DNA of 64,000 nt from the human T2T-CHM13v2.0 reference genome, Homo sapiens. The DNA lies in assembly GCF_009914755.1 (NCBI RefSeq), contig NC_060944.1; one strand, written 5' to 3'. Under the pieces are notes generated by a model that saw only the letters and a program-made list of their open reading frames with translations, was not told the DNA's origin and did not search any database. This document shows positions 25,631-47,738 of this stretch, piece by piece (positions within the stretch are counted from its first letter, which is position 1; every line of letters starts with the position of its first letter). Made by a program: the position numbers and the translations under genes.

Positions 25631-25713
25631 TTAAAAACAAAAGCAGCCTTAGAACAAGAAAAACATCTGTAAACCAACAAAAACTTTTTCCTTTTTTTTT
25701 TTTTTTTTTTTGA

Positions 25714-25997
<284 letters not shown>

Positions 25998-26480
25998 TGA
26001 ATTCTTTAATCTTTTTAGTTTAACTTGAATAGCAAAAGAAATTAATAATCTAAAAATACAATCACAAAAAGGGACAAACCCTTTCTTCCTATTTCTAAAA
26101 CAGGAGAACAGGAAGCAGAAACATGGAAAAGTAAGCTCTCCATCGAGCAGTCTCCAGTCACCAGGTTTTACATAAATCTGATAAAAGGGCAGTTTTTGTT
26201 GTTTTTTGAAGAGACAGAGTCTTGCTATGTTGTTCAGGCTGGAGTGCAGTGGCTATTCACAAGCATGATCATTATGCACTGCAGCCTTGGACTCCTGACC
26301 TCAAGTCATCCTCCTGCCTCAGCCACCTGAATAGCTGGGACTACAAGCATGCACCACCACACAGGGCTTGATAAATGGACAATTCTGTGTAACTAAAAAG
26401 AATGTTAATGCCAAAAACTTTTTGAAATCTTCAGATTGAAAATATCTGGATTAAAATAGCAGTTTCAAGAAAATCCACTA

Positions 26481-26797
<317 letters not shown>

Positions 26798-26951
26798 TCA
26801 TGCCTGTAATCCCAGCACTTTGGGAGGCCGAGGCGGGTAGATCACGAGGTCAGGAGTTCAAGACAAGCCTGGCTAAGATGGTGAAACCCTGTTTCTACTA
26901 AAAATACAAAAATTAGGCGGGTGTGGTGGCAGGCGCCTGTAATACTACCTA

Positions 26952-27609
<658 letters not shown>

Positions 27610-28320
27610 TCAAATTTATCATCTAGGGGCTGGTATTGGTTCTTTGTAAGTCTCCGGGGGACATAAAAAGAGTGCCTACTTGCTTTAAGTATCTGGCTAT
27701 CCAAACAGTGGCATGCACCTCCCTTCCCCTGCCCTGAGGGTACACACAAACTCTCAGAGTCCCTGAATAAGTAGGAATAAACTATAAGGATAGAGGTAAA
27801 AACCCCCATGATTTAAAAGGAACAGTCCCGGCCCAACGTGGTGACTTATGCCTGTATTCCCAACACTTTGGGAGGCCAAGGGAGGTGAATCACTTGAGGT
27901 CAGGAGTTCGAGACCAGTTTCAACAACATGATGAAACTGCATCTCTACTAAAAATAGAAAAAAATTAGCCAGGCGCTACTCGGGAGGCTGAGGCAGAAGA
28001 ATCACTTGAACCCAGGAGGCGGAGGTTGCAGTGAGCCAAGATAGTGCCAACTGCACTCCAGTCTGTGTGACAGAGCAAGACTCCATCTCAAAAATAAATA
28101 AATAAATGGGACAGTCCCCTTTCTCTTTGTCACAGGAAAAGGATTATATTCTTTTGCTTGGATTAAAGTGGCCTAAGACCTCACATGGATCAGAAAAGAC
28201 AAGGAGTTCTCTAAATGTGTTAATCCACTTGGGCAGATTAGAGATTATAAATATGAAAAAAAATGGATTTCACCAAATAACCGAAGGAAAAATGGTGATT
28301 TTATTTGATAAGAAGGACAA

Positions 28321-28482
28321 GGCCAGGCGCGGTGGCTTACACCTGTAATCCCAGCTCTCAGGGAGGAGAGGCGGGAGGATAGCTTGAGCCTAGGAGTTCG
28401 AGACCTGCCTGGGCAATATAGCGAGATCCTGTTCTCCACAAAAAGGAAGAAAAAAAAAGACCAAAAAAAAAAAAAAATAAGC
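28321..28482 (+). pseudogene. BC200 (BCYRN1) RNA retropseudogene, antisense to SAMHD1, intron 5
   Basis: BC200-diagnostic segments as recalled: CCCAGCTCTCAGGGAGG, GGAGGATAGCTTGAGCC, GAGACCTGCCTGGGCAATATAGCGAGA, GTTCTCCAcAAAAAGGAA, A-rich region, then AATAAGC; TSD ATAAGAAGGA(C/T)AA at 28308-28320 and 28483-28495. Confidence 0.85.
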
Positions 28483-28519
28483 ATAAGAAGGATAAAAGAA
28501 AAATAAAATTCACATATCA

Positions 28520-28911
<392 letters not shown>

Positions 28912-29075
28912 TTAACATGAGAAATTCACTGAAAGTTGCCAAGAAAATAAAATAGCAATGTTTTCTACTTATGAATCATTCTAGGAAGAAGCAACAGTAC
29001 ATTTATACTAACATCAACTGAAGAATTAAAATACAATTTCCATATTCTCTTGGTTGATCTGATTTTTTAACGTCA

Positions 29076-29273
<198 letters not shown>

Positions 29274-29437
29274 TCACTTTTCTGTTTGCAAGAGGAGTGA
29301 TAGTTCTGGTCCTCAAGAACTTCCGTATGTTTCCTTAAACATTCTAACATACCTTTAGGGCAACTTTACTGAACAGTATATTTCAGAACTAGGCAGGAAC
29401 ACACACAAACGGAATCCCAAAAGCAGGACCTCTGGCT

Positions 29438-31295
<1,858 letters not shown>

Positions 31296-31864
31296 TTTTT
31301 TTTAAAGTAGGAATATCTGGCTTTGTAATGTTTACAACATAATTGGAGATGAAGTACTTAAATGCACTTCCAGCACTTCCATCTGAGCCATTCCTAAATT
31401 CTTTTCCCCTGAACTCTGAGCTACATGAGGACAGAGGCGATTGTTATCTTTTTGTGGTTTGGTAGGGCTTAGTAAGGTTCGATAAATATTTGTTGATGAA
31501 TGAACATTTGAGTATAGACACATGTTGTGCCTAACTAAAAATGCTTCTACACAAACAGAAAACCAAAGTAATATACTGTGAGTACTTCATGAAAATCTCA
31601 AAGACTGTCTATTCTTCCCTGTCCACTTCCTCCTGGCTCTACACTGCATAATGGAAATGCAGACCAACGTCTCAGCTTAGTTGTATGTAACAGAGGCATC
31701 GCCTTCTCTAAGATTATGAATGCTTTTTTAACTTACGCATTTCCTGACAGGTAAGAAAATGATCTGGTTTGAAAGAGCAACTCTGTACCAGAGTAAATAG
31801 AGAATACAGAAAAATTAAATAATCAAATATACATAATTAGTTGTATCAGCAACCGACCCATTAG

Positions 31865-32029
<165 letters not shown>

Positions 32030-32218
32030 TAATTTTTGTATTTTTACTAGAGACGGGGTTTCACCATGTTGCTCAGGCTGGTCTCGAACTCATGATCTCA
32101 AGTGATCCGCCTGCCCCGGCCCCCCAAAGTGCTGAGATTGGCCGGGCACGGTGGCTCATGCCTGTAATCTCAGCATTTTGAGAGGCCGAGGCGGGCGGAT
32201 CACGAGGTCAAGAAATCA

Positions 32219-32485
<267 letters not shown>

Positions 32486-33168
32486 TTAATATTTAAAAAC
32501 AAATCCAACTGACCTGTCTATAGATACTTTCATTATTTTTCCAGGAAAGATCTGAGGTGGTTAAGAATACATAAAATAAATAAATTGCAACAAGGTAAAT
32601 AAAAAGCCTCAATTTTGGGGCTGGGCACAGTGGCTCATACCTGTAATCCCAGTACTTTGGGAGGCCGAGGCAGGTGGCTCACAAGGTCAGGAGATCAAGA
32701 CCAGCCTGGCCAAGATGGTGAAACCCCGTCTCTACTAAAATTACTAAAATTAGCCGGGTGTGGTGGTGGGCGCCTGTAATCCCAGCTGCTCAGGAGGCTG
32801 AGGTACAGAACTGCTTGAACCTGGGAGGTCGAAGTTGCAGTGAGCCAAGATTACGCCACTGCACTCCAGCCTAGTGAAAGAGACTCTGTCTCAAAAAAAA
32901 AAAAAAAAAAAAAAAAAAGCCTCAATTTTCTCATCAATAAAATAAGGACATTATCATCATTTTGTAAAACTATTTATTCTCTAAAAGATTAAGACAACTA
33001 TTTCTTTTTTTTCCTGTTTTCTTTTTCTTTCTTTTTTTTTTTTTTTTTTGAGATGGGGTTTTGCTCTTGTTGCCTAGGCTGGAGTGCGATGGTGCAATCT
33101 CAGCTCACTGCAACCACCAACCTCCTGGGTTCAAGTGATCCTCCTGCCTCAGCCTCCTGAGTAGCTAG

Positions 33169-33348
<180 letters not shown>

Positions 33349-33402
33349 TGAGACAGAGAAAATACTTAAAAACTGCAAGTTCCCCACCCCATTCCCTTCT
33401 TA

Positions 33403-33564
<162 letters not shown>

Positions 33565-33933
33565 CTAGAAAATTATGTTTAATTAATACAAATAACGACA
33601 TGTAAGTCCAACTGAAATTTGTGTGCAGCCATTCCTAATTATAGTGCAAAGTCAAAGCTATTTGATTTTTCAAGTAAAAATACTAACGGAAATGACAAGA
33701 TGTTAACATCATTACCTTATTTAGGTATCACTACCAGACAGATCAAGTATATTGGATTTGAGTATATTTTACTTCTTCCTAATGGATGTGAATAACAGAA
33801 AAATAAGGATTTTGATTTTTTATTATGTATATGACTTAGTCTTTAATAAGTTTGTCTTGTATTCAAGTTAAACATGCATATTCATTTCGATTTAAACACA
33901 TTCATCCACATCATGTAACCCATATCACTATAG

Positions 33934-34261
<328 letters not shown>

Positions 34262-35121
34262 TAAATGTATCTATACAGCACTCATCATTAAAACAGAAAA
34301 GAAAGAAGGGAGGCAGGGAAAGAAAGAAAGATGGAAATTCCTCTACCATATAGATAAGAAATCATGCAGGTCCGAGTGCAGGTGCTCACATCTGTAATCC
34401 CAGCACTTTGGGAGGCCAAGAGTTTGAGACTAGTCTAGGCAACATAGTGAGACCCCATCTTTAAAAACAAAAATGCAGTGGCGCACATCTGTAGTCCCGG
34501 GTACTCTAGAGGCTGAGGTAGGAAGATCCCTTGAGCCCCAGGGGATCAAGGCTGCAGTAACCTACTATTGTGCCACAACACTTCAGCCTGGGCGACAGAG
34601 AGAAACTCTGTCTCAAAAAAAGAAGAAAAAAAGCAAGAAAATAATTTTGTACAGCTGAACCATGTGTTTATGTGTGTGTGTTCTTTTTGTTTTGTTTTTC
34701 TTAGAGATAGGGTCTCGCTTTCTCACCAGGCTGCAGTGCGTTGGCTATTCACAGGCACAATCATAGCTTACTGTAGCCTCAAACTCCTAGGCTCCAGGGA
34801 TCCTCCTGCCTCAGCCTCCCAAATAGCTGGGACTACAGGCATGTACCACCATTCCTAGCTAATTTATTTTTATTCTTTGTGGAGACAAAGTCTTGCTATA
34901 TTGCCCAGGCTGACCTCGTGTCCGCCCGCCTCAGCCTCCCGAAGTGCTGGAATTACAGGCATGAGCCACTGCGCCTGGCTAAAATCTACTTTTAAACCAT
35001 TTAAGGACCTAAAAGCCTTCACTGTAAATTTTTCAGGTTGTAATAACTGTCTTTTTTGTTTGTTTGTTTTTTGAGACAGAGTCTAGCTCTATCACATAAG
35101 CTGGAGTACAATCAGGGCTCA

Positions 35122-35536
<415 letters not shown>

Positions 35537-35659
35537 TCATTGATACATTTGAAAAATTAGTCCTCATTATGTCAAACACTGCACTCCCTCTTCACCATTA
35601 CACAATCTCAGCTTCAGAGGCCAACTGAACTAAATTTAGCATAAAGAACACTGTGTCAA

Positions 35660-36006
35660 GAACAAACCATGGTGACCTTGGGTTCGGCAATGGTTTCTTA
35701 AATATGACACTAAAAGTACAAGACACAAATGAACAAAAAAAATATAAATTGGATTACATAAAAACTTAAAACTTTTGTGATCCAAAGAACACCATCAAAA
35801 AAGTAAAAAGACAACCCACAGACTGGGAAAAAATATTTGTGTATCATATCTCCCATAAGGATTTACATCCAGAACATATAAAGAGCTCTTACAACTCAAA
35901 TCAAATTGTGTGTGATTGAACAACACTGTGAACTTTCTAAAAAGCACTGTCTTGCATACTAAAAATGAGTGAATCATACAACTTGTGAATTATATCTCAA
36001 TAAAGC
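35660..36006 (+). mobile_element. L1M fragment
   Basis: GGCAATGGTTTCTTAAATATGACAC...AAAAGACAACCCACAGACTGGG...GAATTATATCTCAATAAAGC. Confidence 0.7.
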
Positions 36007-36653
36007 ATTTATGTTTTAAGTATCAAGTTAGGTAGGTATGAAATTAGGGTAGAAATCCTTGAGGTCTGCAACTGAGTAGCAAACTAGGTCAATTCTTGTT
36101 GAACTGCATTGCTGATGAAGTTAAATTCATTTAAGGTATTGATTTCATTACTAAGCCGTGATTCAGTAGTTTGAAAATCTATTTCCAACAACTGTCATTT
36201 ATAATTTATAAATGAGGTTAAACAATGTTGGTTTTTTTTTTTTTTTTTTTGAGACAGGGTCTCACTCTGTTGCCCAGGCTGGAGTGCAGCGGCGTGATCA
36301 TGGCTCACTGAAGCCTCCACCTCCCCAGGTTCAGGTGATTTTCCTATATCAGCTTCCCAAGTAGCTGGGACTACAGGTGTGCACTACCACACCCAGCTAA
36401 TTTTTCTATTGTTTTCTATTGTTTGTAGATGGAGTTTCACCATGTTGCCCAGGCTGGTCTTTGAACTTAAGGGCTCAAGTGATCCACCTACCTCAGTCTC
36501 CCAAAGTGCTGGGATTACGGGTGTGAGCCACCATACCCAGCCAACAATGTTCTTTTTACAGAAAAATAGAAAGAATAAAAGTGGGCAATTGAAACCACTG
36601 ACTGCCTTAAATATTACCTCAAAAATATATTATTGGCTGGGCACGGTGGCTCA

Positions 36654-36997
<344 letters not shown>

Positions 36998-37117
36998 TCA
37001 GGAGATCGAGACCATCCTAGCTAACGCGGTGAAACCCCATCTCTACTAAAAATACAAAAAATTAGCTGGGCATGGTGGCATGCGCCTGTAGTCCCAGCTA
37101 CTCAGGAAGCTGATTTA

Positions 37118-37279
<162 letters not shown>

Positions 37280-37442
37280 TCATTAAATTTTTTCAGATGT
37301 GATTTTCAATAGAAAATAAGCCTAGAACGGGCTGGTGGCTCACGCCTGTAATCCCAGCACTTTGGGAGGCCAAGGTGGGCAGATCATGAGGTCAGGAGTT
37401 CAAGACCAGCCTGGCCAACCTGGTGAAACCTTGCCTCTACTA

Positions 37443-37742
<300 letters not shown>

Positions 37743-38415
37743 TCACATGAGGTCAGGAGTTCGAGACCAGCCTGACCAATATGGCGGAACCCTGTCTTTA
37801 CTAAAAAAAATACAAAAACTAGCTGGGCATGGTGGTGTGCACCTGTAGTCCCAGCTACCTGGGAGGCTGAGACAAAAGAATCACTTGAAACTGGGAGGCA
37901 GAGGTTGCAGTAAGCCAGATTGTGCCACTGCACTCCAGCCTAGACAACAGAGCAAGACTCCATCTCAAAAAAAGAAAGAAAGAAAAGAAGTCTATAACTT
38001 GCAAAAGCAAAATTAAAATATGTATTCTTATAGAGAGGGATCTGAAATAACTCAAATACTATACATTACATCTATTTTTTAAAAAAAGTGAAAAATGCAA
38101 ATGATGATCGGGCAAAAAAGTACAAAAAAAGAAGATATCCTACATCTTCTCCCAGGTCTGAAACTAAGTTTTCTTAACCTAGGAATGTCAAAAGAGTAAA
38201 TAAGGTCTATTTCCTGTCACTAACAAAACAAGAAACATTTCATCAAGTATGGTTTTAGAATCACTCTGAAGAGCTTGTGAAAAATGCACATTCTGGCTGG
38301 GCGCAGTGGCTCATGCCTGTAGTCCCAGCACTTTGGCAGGACGAGGTGGGTGGATCACTTGAGGTCAGGAGTTTGACACCAGCCTGGCCAACATGATGAA
38401 ACCCCAACTCTACTA

Positions 38416-38664
<249 letters not shown>

Positions 38665-39365
38665 TTATGGATATACATAAATATGCAATAAGAGTAAAAA
38701 CCATTCATGACAATGATAAACATCAAATTCAGGAAGATGCTTATTACTTCTAGGGAGAAAAGGATAGAAACATAATAAATAGAAACAGGGCCAGGCGTGG
38801 GGGCTCACATCTGTAATCTTAGCACTTTGGGAGGCCAAGGCAGGTCAATCTCTTGAGCCCAGGAGTTTGAGACCAGCCTGAGCAACACAGGAAGACCCCG
38901 TCTTTATAAAAAATACAAAAATTAGCCAGGTGTGGTGGCATGCACCCATAGTCCAAGCTACTGGGGTGGCTGAGATGGAAGGATCACTTGAGCCAGGGAG
39001 ACGGAGGTTGGAGTGAGCTGAGATTGCACCACTGTACTCCAGCCTAGATGACAGAGCAAGACCACATTTCATTAAAAAAAAAAGAATGTACAAAGGAGGT
39101 CTTCAATAGTTTCTAATATTTTGCTCTAAAAATAACAGACTTGAAGCAAATTAGGCAAAATATTAATATTTGACAAGTTGGGTAGTGGTCTACTTATGCT
39201 TTTCTGTATGCTTAAACATATTTTAGTTCTTCTTCTGATTTAAATACTCTGTGCTCATTTTAGAAAGTGCAGAAAGTTTAGAAAAGATCCACTACTCACA
39301 ATTCTATCACTGAGAAGCAGATTTCCTCCTATTCTCTTCAAAATGAATTTTACATAATTGAGTTA

Positions 39366-39509
<144 letters not shown>

Positions 39510-40626
39510 CTATCATTATTTGCTTAATAATAATCCCTGCAGTATATAGTAGACATAATAAACTTTATATTATCTACACTAACAGAAGTTAGATTGGAAG
39601 GAACAATCAATAATTCAAACATACCCCTCCTAGAAACTCTCTCCTTCCTTTGCTGTTAAGATAGGGAACTCTCCTGCTGAATCAATATAGGCCTCCCACA
39701 GCCTTCTGTCCTTGACCCTCCTCTCTCTTGGTAAATTTAAGACTTGAAAAACTCCACATCTCCATGTCTACTCAATGCTCAAACTGTACTTCCTTTTAAC
39801 CAAACTGAAGTCAACATCTACCCTCATAATCCTGGATTGATTTATGAGCACCAGGTATGACTCAAGCATGAATGAAATACATATGAAGGCTTTAACTTTA
39901 TTTATATTCATTTTCCATTGTCAGTACTCCCTCACAATGCTCCAGTTTCAAGAAAATACATAATGGGAATTAAATTTGAGCAGCTCGAAGTCCTGTGATT
40001 CATTATCCTGCTTCATTTACAATTACTAGTTGGGCCCAGCATATCATCCTCCCTCCTGGCTGGGTGTCAACAGAGAGTGCAGGCAAAGGGTTTTACTGAT
40101 CTACTAGATAACCAGATTGAAAAAAAAGTATCTTTCTACAAGTCATACATAGACTGGGAGTCAGAGGCACTACATTGGCCTCTATGGTACACACTGAACC
40201 CATGGTAATAAGAACACTTAAGAATAATATCTTGGGATACACAGAAGCATTATTACAGCTGATAAATTAAAGCAGCAAATTTCGTGTTTTCCTATTCCCC
40301 TATCCTCCTCATCAGTTTGACATAACAAGCACAGTGTAAAGCCAGGCTTTCAGAAGTACTTATAGGTGGACTTAGTTTAAGGGGAGTCACATAGTTGAGC
40401 AAAACCGGAGTCATAGCATAAAATATCAAACCTAAACTAACCCCGTGACCACTTAATATTTTCCTAAACTGACATTTGGTATTCATCGCTTAAAACCCCA
40501 AAATCGGCCGGGCGCAGTGGCTCACACCTGTAATCCCAGCACTTTGGGAGGCCGAGGTGGGTGGATCACCTGAGGTTGGGAGCTCGAGACAAGCCTGACT
40601 AACATGGAGAAACCCCGTCTCTTCTA

Positions 40627-40823
<197 letters not shown>

Positions 40824-41021
40824 TTAGAGTATATAAAACCACCCAAAACCAGGGGGTTGTTTTGTTTAGCAAAGGACATGGCATTAAATAAAGATTTAAA
40901 GAAGTCATGGGCCAGGATATCTAGATTATGAAAGAATTTTATTCCTGTGTTCCAACATTTCTGAAATTTAATGCTTCTTACAATTGACATGTATATTTAA
41001 CGTGACAATGTTTCTATCTAA

Positions 41022-41207
<186 letters not shown>

Positions 41208-41626
41208 TAGTAGAGACAGGGTTTCACCATGTTAGCCAGGATGGTCTCGATCTCCTGACCTCGTGATCCGCCCGCCTCGGCCTCCCAAAGTGCTGGGATT
41301 AAAGGCCTGAGCCACCACGCCTGGCCTGTTTCTTACTTGTTAAAAAAACCTTTATAAATCAATGGTTGTTCATAAAATTGAGGGCCTACTAGGAGTGCTT
41401 GTCTAAGCTGGATTCTCCCTAGAAAGCAGGGTCCAGGATAAGAGCTTGCAAGTAATTAATCTTGGGGTGAACTCTGGGCACAGGGATTGGGGGGTCTAGG
41501 GAGGGTAAAATAGGAAATTAGGTAAAAACAGTACAAAGGTCCATTAACAAGTTGATTGCATTGGTACTACTGTGAGCAACTGGATGGAGTGGTGGGTAGG
41601 GCTAATCCCACTGGCAACCTGTAAGG

Positions 41627-41818
41627 CAGCACTGTCTAGTAGAACTTTCTGCGATGATGGAAATGTTCTATATCTGCTCTGTCCAACACAGTAGCCGTTA
41701 GCCATAGTGACTACTAAGTACTTGAAATATGGCTAGTGTAACTGAGGAATTTTTTACTTAATTTACTTCTAATTAATTTAAACGTGAAGCTAGTTGTTAT
41801 TATACAGAACAATACAGC
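41627..41818. mobile_element. MER3-like hAT DNA transposon
   Basis: CAGCACTGTCTAGTAGAACTTTCTGCGATGATGGAAATGTTCTATATCTG...GTACTTGAAATATGGCTAGTG. Confidence 0.75.
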
Positions 41819-43100
41819 TCTAAGGAGTCCTACAGAATTTGAGTTATGAGGTGGGGCACAGAGACGTGCAATATAGTGTTCCTTCTGGAACACTGCAATA
41901 TAGTGTTCCTTTGTCTGTTTTGTTCACTCATGTGCCCCAAATTCATGGAAGAATTCCTAGTACATAGTGAGCTTTCCAAAAATATTCACTGAATGAATCA
42001 ATAGCACTTGGGTCCACAAACATGCACATGGCTCCCTTGAAAAGAAAGACTGTATTAGAACAAATTCCATTCAGGTCAAATAGTAAGCAACTATTATGTA
42101 CAAGAAACAAGTAGTAAAGGGGACTTTGAGAGGACTGAGAGGGCTGAAATGTGGTTATGAAAGAGTCATGCCGGGGGCAGTGGCTCACGCCTGTAATCCC
42201 AGCACTTTGGGAGGCTGAGGCAGGCAGATCATGAGGTCGGGAGTTCAAGACCACCCTGGCCAACATAGTGAAACCCTGTCTCAATACAAAAATTAGCCGG
42301 GCATGGTGGCACACACCTGTAGTCCCAGCTACTCAGGAGGCTGAGGTGGTAGAATCACTTGAATCTGGGAGGTGGAGGTTGCAGTGAGCCGAGATCACGC
42401 CACTGCCCTCCAGCCTGAGTGACAGAGCAAGACTCCATCTCAAAAAAAAAAAAAAAAAAAAAAAGAACTTTGGGAGGCCTGAGGCGGGCAGATCACAAGG
42501 TCAGGAGATTGAGACCATCCTGGCTAACACGATGAAACCCCGTCTCTACTAAAAATACAAAAAATTAGCCGGGCATGGTGGCACATGCCAGTAGTCCCAG
42601 CTACTTAGGAGGCTGAGGCAGGAGAATCACTTGAACACCACTGAACTTGAACTCCAGCCTGGGCAACAGAGTGAGACTTCGTCTCAAAAAAAAAAAAAAA
42701 AAGAAAGGGCTAAGATGAGGTCCCTGGAGATTCTGATCCAAAGGATATTTACTGGAAGTCAGTTAAATGTTCTACAGTGATCTTGTTTCACAATGTACTT
42801 CTGTTATCAATTACTAAGCAACAGCACAGGAAGTAATTCAGTATAATCCTTTGTTTTGATTCTTTGGTTACTGTTACCACAAACAACATGTAACTAAAAT
42901 TTCAGAAGAGAAGGCCATATTTCCCCACTGTTGCCAATTTTCTAATAGAAACAAAATCTTCATTTTAAGAAGTATTTAAGGCCGGTCGCAGTGGCTCGCG
43001 CCTATAATCCCAGCACTTTGGGAGGACGAGGTGGGTGGATCACCTGAGGTCGGGAGTTCGAGACCAGCCTGACTAACATGGAGAAACCCCGTCTCTACTA

Positions 43101-43276
<176 letters not shown>

Positions 43277-43363
43277 TTAAGCACCAGATCCTCTACTGAG
43301 ATCATTAAAGGAGCCCCACTCTAATCTAGACCCTAGAACCTACAGCCATACACAGAGATGGAT

Positions 43364-43420
43364 CTATGTAACTATGTATGTATGTATGTATATATGTATC
43401 TATCTACCTACCTACCTATC
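43364..43420. repeat. Compound tetranucleotide microsatellite (TATG/TATC/TACC) at an Alu tail
   Basis: tatgtatgtatg...tatctatctacctacctacctatc. Confidence 0.8.
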
Positions 43421-44560
43421 TGAGACAGGGTCTTATTCTGCTGCCCAAGCTGGAGTGCAGGAGCTTATCATAGATCACTGCAACCTTGAACTCCTGGGCT
43501 CAAGGGATCTTCCTGCTTCAGCCTCCTGAGTGTAGGTGGGACTACAGGTGCATGCACAGTACCCGGCTAATTTTTTAATTTTCTGTATCACTATCTATAA
43601 AATTTACTAAGCGTTAATCATATGCTTCAACACTTTATGTACATCATCTCATTATTGTTATCCATTTTACAGGTACAGAAACTGAAGGGTTAAATGACTT
43701 CTCCCAAATTATACAACTAAAAAGTGCCTGTTTTGCATAGTGTCTTTAAATCTAATACCAGGGCATATTCCAATCTTTAGGAAAACCTAGAAATATGCTC
43801 AAGATAGGGGTGTAGCCTTGATTTTCTTACTAACATTTTTTTCCCTATTGGTTCTTATGTATTTCCCAGTGTGTATAATTCAATTATTCTGAACTTGAGA
43901 GTAAAAAGTTGGTCACTACAAACTTGATGAAGATTTGTCTGCAACATTATTTAAAATAGGAATAAGGCCACACACGGTGGCTTACGCCTGTAATCTCAGC
44001 ACTTTGGGAGGCCAAGGTGGGCAGACCTTGGCCCACCTTAGGTCAGAACTCCAGACCACCTTAGGTCAGGAGTTCGAGACCAGCCTGGCCAACATGGTGA
44101 AACCCTGTCTCTACTAAAAATACAAAACTTAGCTGGGCATGGTGGTGCATGCCTGTAATCCCAGCTACTCAGGAAGCTGAGGCAGGAGAATGGCTTGAAC
44201 CCAGGGGGTTCAGTGAGCCGGGATCGCACCATTGCACTCCAGTCTGGGTGACAGAGTGAGACTCTGTCTCAATAAATAAATAAATAAATAAAATTAAAAA
44301 TAAACTAAAATAGGAATAAACAGTAATAGCAAACATAGGATTTGTACAGCGAAAACAAACAGCAGGTGGCCAGTCGCGGTGGCTCACACCTGTAATCTCA
44401 GCACTTTGGGAGGCCGAGGCAAGCGGATCACTTGAGGCCAAGAGTTCAAGACCAGTCTGGCCAACATGGTGAAACCCCATCTCTACTAAAAGTACAAAAA
44501 TCAGTGGGGCAGCCGGGCGCGGTAATTCCAGCACTCTGGGAGGCTGAGGCGGGCAGATCA

Positions 44561-44844
<284 letters not shown>

Positions 44845-45103
44845 TCAGGAGGCTGAGGCAGGAGAATAACTTGAAGCCGGGAGGCAGAGGTTGCAGTGAG
44901 CCGAGATACTCCAGCCTGGGTGAACAAGAGACTATCTCAAAAAACAAATGAACAAACAAAACCAGCAGGCAAGGGATTCTGCTGTTTTAAAGCACTTCAT
45001 AGATTTAAAATGAGGACAGTTTATATCAGAGATTTTGGGCTTTGTCCCTGAAAGATGGATAAAGTGTGTTTGGTTATAACGTGAATTTATTTCTTCATTC
45101 TTA

Positions 45104-45193
<90 letters not shown>

Positions 45194-45438
45194 TCAATGT
45201 ATACAACATATGCTTTTCATTTTCTTTCAATTTGGATACACCAACATTTACCCAGATCCACATAAGTGAGTACCCACTGCAGGCAATGGATTGTGCCAAG
45301 TACCACTTTTTTGATCTGCTACTTGTAAAGACTTAATTTTAATTAAATAACTAAACCAAGAAGCATTTTTTGATAAATCACGTGAAAATTTCAAAATTAT
45401 TTGTGTAAATTAGTTCCAAGAAAAACCAGTTGCAAAAA

Positions 45439-45450
45439 GGAAAGTGAAAC
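45439..45450 (+). promoter_or_regulatory. ISRE / IRF-E motif in intron 1
   Basis: GGAAAGTGAAAC matches the IRF consensus GAAAGTGAAA. Confidence 0.5.
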
Positions 45451-45485
45451 CCGACTACCTGTTGGGGTTTTGCCAGGTCAGCAGC

Positions 45486-45592
45486 TTTGAGTTGGGGAGG
45501 GAAGGAAACCTAAGTCTATTGTTCTTAGAATTAACAAGGTTTGAGTTGGGGAGGGAAGGAAACCTAAGTCTATTGTTCTTAGAATTAACAAG
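45486..45592. repeat. Perfect tandem duplication, 54-bp period
   Basis: TTTGAGTTGGGGAGGGAAGGAAACCTAAGTCTATTGTTCTTAGAATTAACAAG at 45486-45538 and 45540-45592. Confidence 0.97.
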
Positions 45593-45642
45593 TTAAAACC
45601 GTGAATTCAAGAGTGCTTAAAGTGTTGATTTTTCTCAAACCT

Positions 45643-46150
<508 letters not shown>

Positions 46151-46193
46151 TGAGTAGCTGGGACCACAGGCATGTGCCACTGCACCTAGCTAA

Positions 46194-46358
<165 letters not shown>

Positions 46359-46543
46359 TAAGGTATAGATCACATGAGTTCTAGAGTCCAAAGACCTAAC
46401 CTTAAAAAATCTAGCTCTTTTTTGTAGTGGTGTGATCTCTGAAAAGTTACTTTACATCTTTGGACCTCGCATACATCATCGGTAAAATGTGTTGAGTGTA
46501 GTAACTTATTTCAGACTTCTTGTGAGGCTGTATTCCATAATGA

Positions 46544-47062
<519 letters not shown>

Positions 47063-47117
47063 TAAAAATACAAAAATTAGCCAGGTGTGGTGGTGGGCAC
47101 CTGGTCACAGCTACTCA

Positions 47118-47285
<168 letters not shown>

Positions 47286-47307
47286 TCAGATATCTGCAAG
47301 AGGCTCA

Positions 47308-47738
<431 letters not shown>

